Part shown: piece after piece, positions 46,386-48,065 of the stretch | Numbering within the stretch: the first letter of the stretch is position 1 | How the letters are laid out: each line of letters opens with the position of its first letter | NCBI GenBank assembly: GCA_046316935.1 | Contig: JBKCXA010000347.1 | Span: 1 to 48,065, forward strand | Origin: Prosthecobacter sp. | Lineage (GTDB): Bacteria > Verrucomicrobiota > Verrucomicrobiia > Verrucomicrobiales > Verrucomicrobiaceae | DNA length: 48,065 bases | Direction: 5' to 3' | Position numbers and translations under genes: made by a program | The notes under the pieces: model-generated | What the model was told of the DNA's origin: nothing | Database searches by the model: none | The model's input: only the letters and a program-made list of their open reading frames with translations

Positions 46386-47287
46386 GAGGGGGAGTGGATC
46401 GGAAGGGTGGCGGGGACGATGTCTTCGACAACCGACTCGAGCGGCTGAGGCGTGAGGCCGGTCATCGCGGTGGTGCGCTCCATGCCGATACCGGAGAAAC
46501 GGGGCTTGAAGGCGATTTGAATGCCTTTCGCCTCGGCGCTGCTCGGCTGAATGAGCGCAGGGGCGATGCCGGCCCGTGCGGCGATGGCCCGGGCGAGGTC
46601 CACATACGAGACATTCTCCGCGCCGGAGAGGTGCAGATTCCCGGGCACCCGCTTCTCACCCAGCGTGGCAAGCGCCTCACCGACAAAGCGGGAGGACATC
46701 GGGGCAAAGATCAGATCTTCGAACGGCTCAATGGTCCTGCCCTGGCTCCATGCATCAAACCAGGCCGGAAGCGGGGAGGTCGTGGTGTCGAGGATTTTTG
46801 TCAGGCGCACGATGTTCAGATGCGCCTCCATACCAAGCCCGGCGGCATGGGCTTTCACTGTGCTCTCGGCACGGCTCTTCTGAATGGCGTAAGGGATACG
46901 GGGATCATGTGGCGAGTCCTCGTGAGGCCAGGGCCTCTCGCCGCCGAACACGGAATTGGTGGAAACGAAGGTGACGAACACCCCCTGCTTGAGCAGGCTC
47001 TGGATGGTCCTGGGAATCAGCTCCTCATTGATCACCCGCGCCATGGGATCGCTGGCGCAGCGGTCATAATTGGTCGCCGCAGCGACTACGAACGCGTAAC
47101 CGGCATCCTCTGGCGCAATGAAGGCCTCCTCGGATTCGAAGTCGAGGAAAAGGGTGCCGTTCCCCGCCCGCTCTTTTCGTCTGGTGGTGCCATAAGCCGG
47201 CTGGCCGCGGCGCTTGAGCGCGGCGAGGAGACTGCCGCCGACAAGGCTGTCGGCACCTACCACCATGTATGCTGGACCTTTGGACAT
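46382..47287 (-). CDS. RmlD-like NAD(P)-dependent sugar reductase/epimerase
   Basis: VVGADSLVG Rossmann motif, VSTNSVF.G, YAIQK (YxxxK), IVRLTKI; start ATG 47287. Confidence 0.82.
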   Translation of the reverse strand: MSKGPAYMVVGADSLVGGSLLAALKRRGQPAYGTTRRKERAGNGTLFLDFESEEAFIAPEDAGYAFVVAAATNYDRCASDPMARVINEELIPRTIQSLLKQGVFVTFVSTNSVFGGERPWPHEDSPHDPRIPYAIQKSRAESTVKAHAAGLGMEAHLNIVRLTKILDTTTSPLPAWFDAWSQGRTIEPFEDLIFAPMSSRFVGEALATLGEKRVPGNLHLSGAENVSYVDLARAIAARAGIAPALIQPSSAEAKGIQIAFKPRFSGIGMERTTAMTGLTPQPLESVVEDIVPATLPIHSPS

Positions 47288-47334
47288 TCGATTTTTTGCG
47301 GGGGATGAAGGTGATAAACCGGCGGGGCAGGAAC

Positions 47335-47850
47335 TCAAGCGGCGCCGAATCGGCTTTTCAGTTGATTGAGATACTCCTCGGCAGCGGGGGTTCCTTCCCC
47401 AGGTGCCCAGGAGGCAAATTCAGTCTCCTCCTTGCGGAAGGGACCACGGGTGCATTCGTAAAAGACGACATGCTCGGACCATACGAGCTGCGTGTGATAC
47501 ACCGGGTGGGTCACCCGGTAGATAAAGGACTCTCCAGGACCACGGCCCAGCCGCTCTTCACGCTCCGGCGTCCCGTCGTCGTTGAAAAAGATCGCGGAAA
47601 CCTCTCCTTCCAGCAGATGAAATGACTCTGGCTTCCCAAGATGCCGGTGGGGGCGGATGTACACCCCTCCGCAGAGCACGATGAGCATCTCATGAACAGG
47701 GTCATCATTGCTGCGATGAAGGCAGAGACGCGCCCGTCGGAGCGGGCTGGCATCCGCAGCTCTCTTCAATTCCGCGATGATGTCACTCGAGACGACATCG
47801 GGGCTGTCCGTGAGGACAAAAACATTACTGCTGCGCTGGAGGACTGGCAT
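47335..47850 (-). CDS. WbuC-family cupin-fold metalloprotein
   Basis: A..SPLRRARLCLH....D.VHEMLI, YIRPHRH..K.ESF.LLEG, YHT, E...GPF. Confidence 0.88.
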   Translation of the reverse strand: MPVLQRSSNVFVLTDSPDVVSSDIIAELKRAADASPLRRARLCLHRSNDDPVHEMLIVLCGGVYIRPHRHLGKPESFHLLEGEVSAIFFNDDGTPEREERLGRGPGESFIYRVTHPVYHTQLVWSEHVVFYECTRGPFRKEETEFASWAPGEGTPAAEEYLNQLKSRFGAA

Positions 47851-47866
47851 AGGGAGGTGGCCGCGT

Positions 47867-48064
47867 TCAGGCTTTCAGATGCTCCCACGCCAGGGGGCTG
47901 CGAGGGTAGATGCTGGCAAATCGGCCGCCATTGTCCGCGTAGGCTTGGTTTTTGCCCACGATGGCTTTTTCACTGTCTGGGCTTGCGGCCAAGAGGCAGA
48001 GCGTCGGCTTCTCCGAATGCAGATGCGCGGAGGTGACTATCGGGAGCTGGCAGCCAGGCAGATA
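47867..48064 (-). CDS. C-terminal end of a probable further C-methyltransferase (partial)
   Basis: Manual translation YLPGCQLPIVTSAHLHSEKPTLCLLAASPDSEKAIVGKNQAYADNGGRFASIYPRSPLAWEHLKA*; resembles the C-terminus of the 45120-46385 product. Confidence 0.65.
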   Translation of the reverse strand, partial: YLPGCQLPIVTSAHLHSEKPTLCLLAASPDSEKAIVGKNQAYADNGGRFASIYPRSPLAWEHLKA

Positions 48065-48065
48065 C

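Noticed and set aside
1597-47308. Many long overlapping ORFs (e.g. 1597-2529+, 2807-4306-, 4848-6281+, 10383-11966+, 13568-14776+, 15812-16933+, 19446-21212+, 21279-22616+, 24332-25687+, 45333-46448+)
   Set aside because: Antisense frames of recognisable genes, expected in high-GC DNA; no motifs of their own.

Overview
High-GC bacterial chromosomal window, most consistent with Verrucomicrobiota (inferred mainly from a TGTTC-N4-GAACA LexA-type box upstream of recA). The left ~25.7 kb is mostly housekeeping and secreted-protein genes: hppA (partial), TlpA, two DUF1080 proteins, malQ, amgK-murU, a pilin-like protein, M20 amidohydrolase, recA, menB, L,D-transpeptidase, cobA-hemD, a PKD metalloprotease, an orphan vsr, TPR and SurA/PpiD-like genes. 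At least six unrelated palindromic or short-tandem intergenic repeat types punctuate this part. The right ~22 kb is a surface-polysaccharide/LPS cluster with glycosyltransferases, gmd, an MsbA-like ABC transporter, an HldE-like protein with reversed domains, several methyltransferases, and RmlD-like and WbuC-like proteins. The most unusual feature is an integrase-free tandem cassette array between malQ and amgK (~6650-9175). Four unrelated + strand ORFs are interleaved with two diverged copies of the amgK 3' end, and two of them are fused exactly at their ATG to the same 49-bp promoter-like module. A second displaced-3'-end scar flanks a three-gene module in the polysaccharide cluster. No rRNA, tRNA, CRISPR array, transposase or integrase was seen. 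All family assignments are from motif recognition by eye, not database searches.
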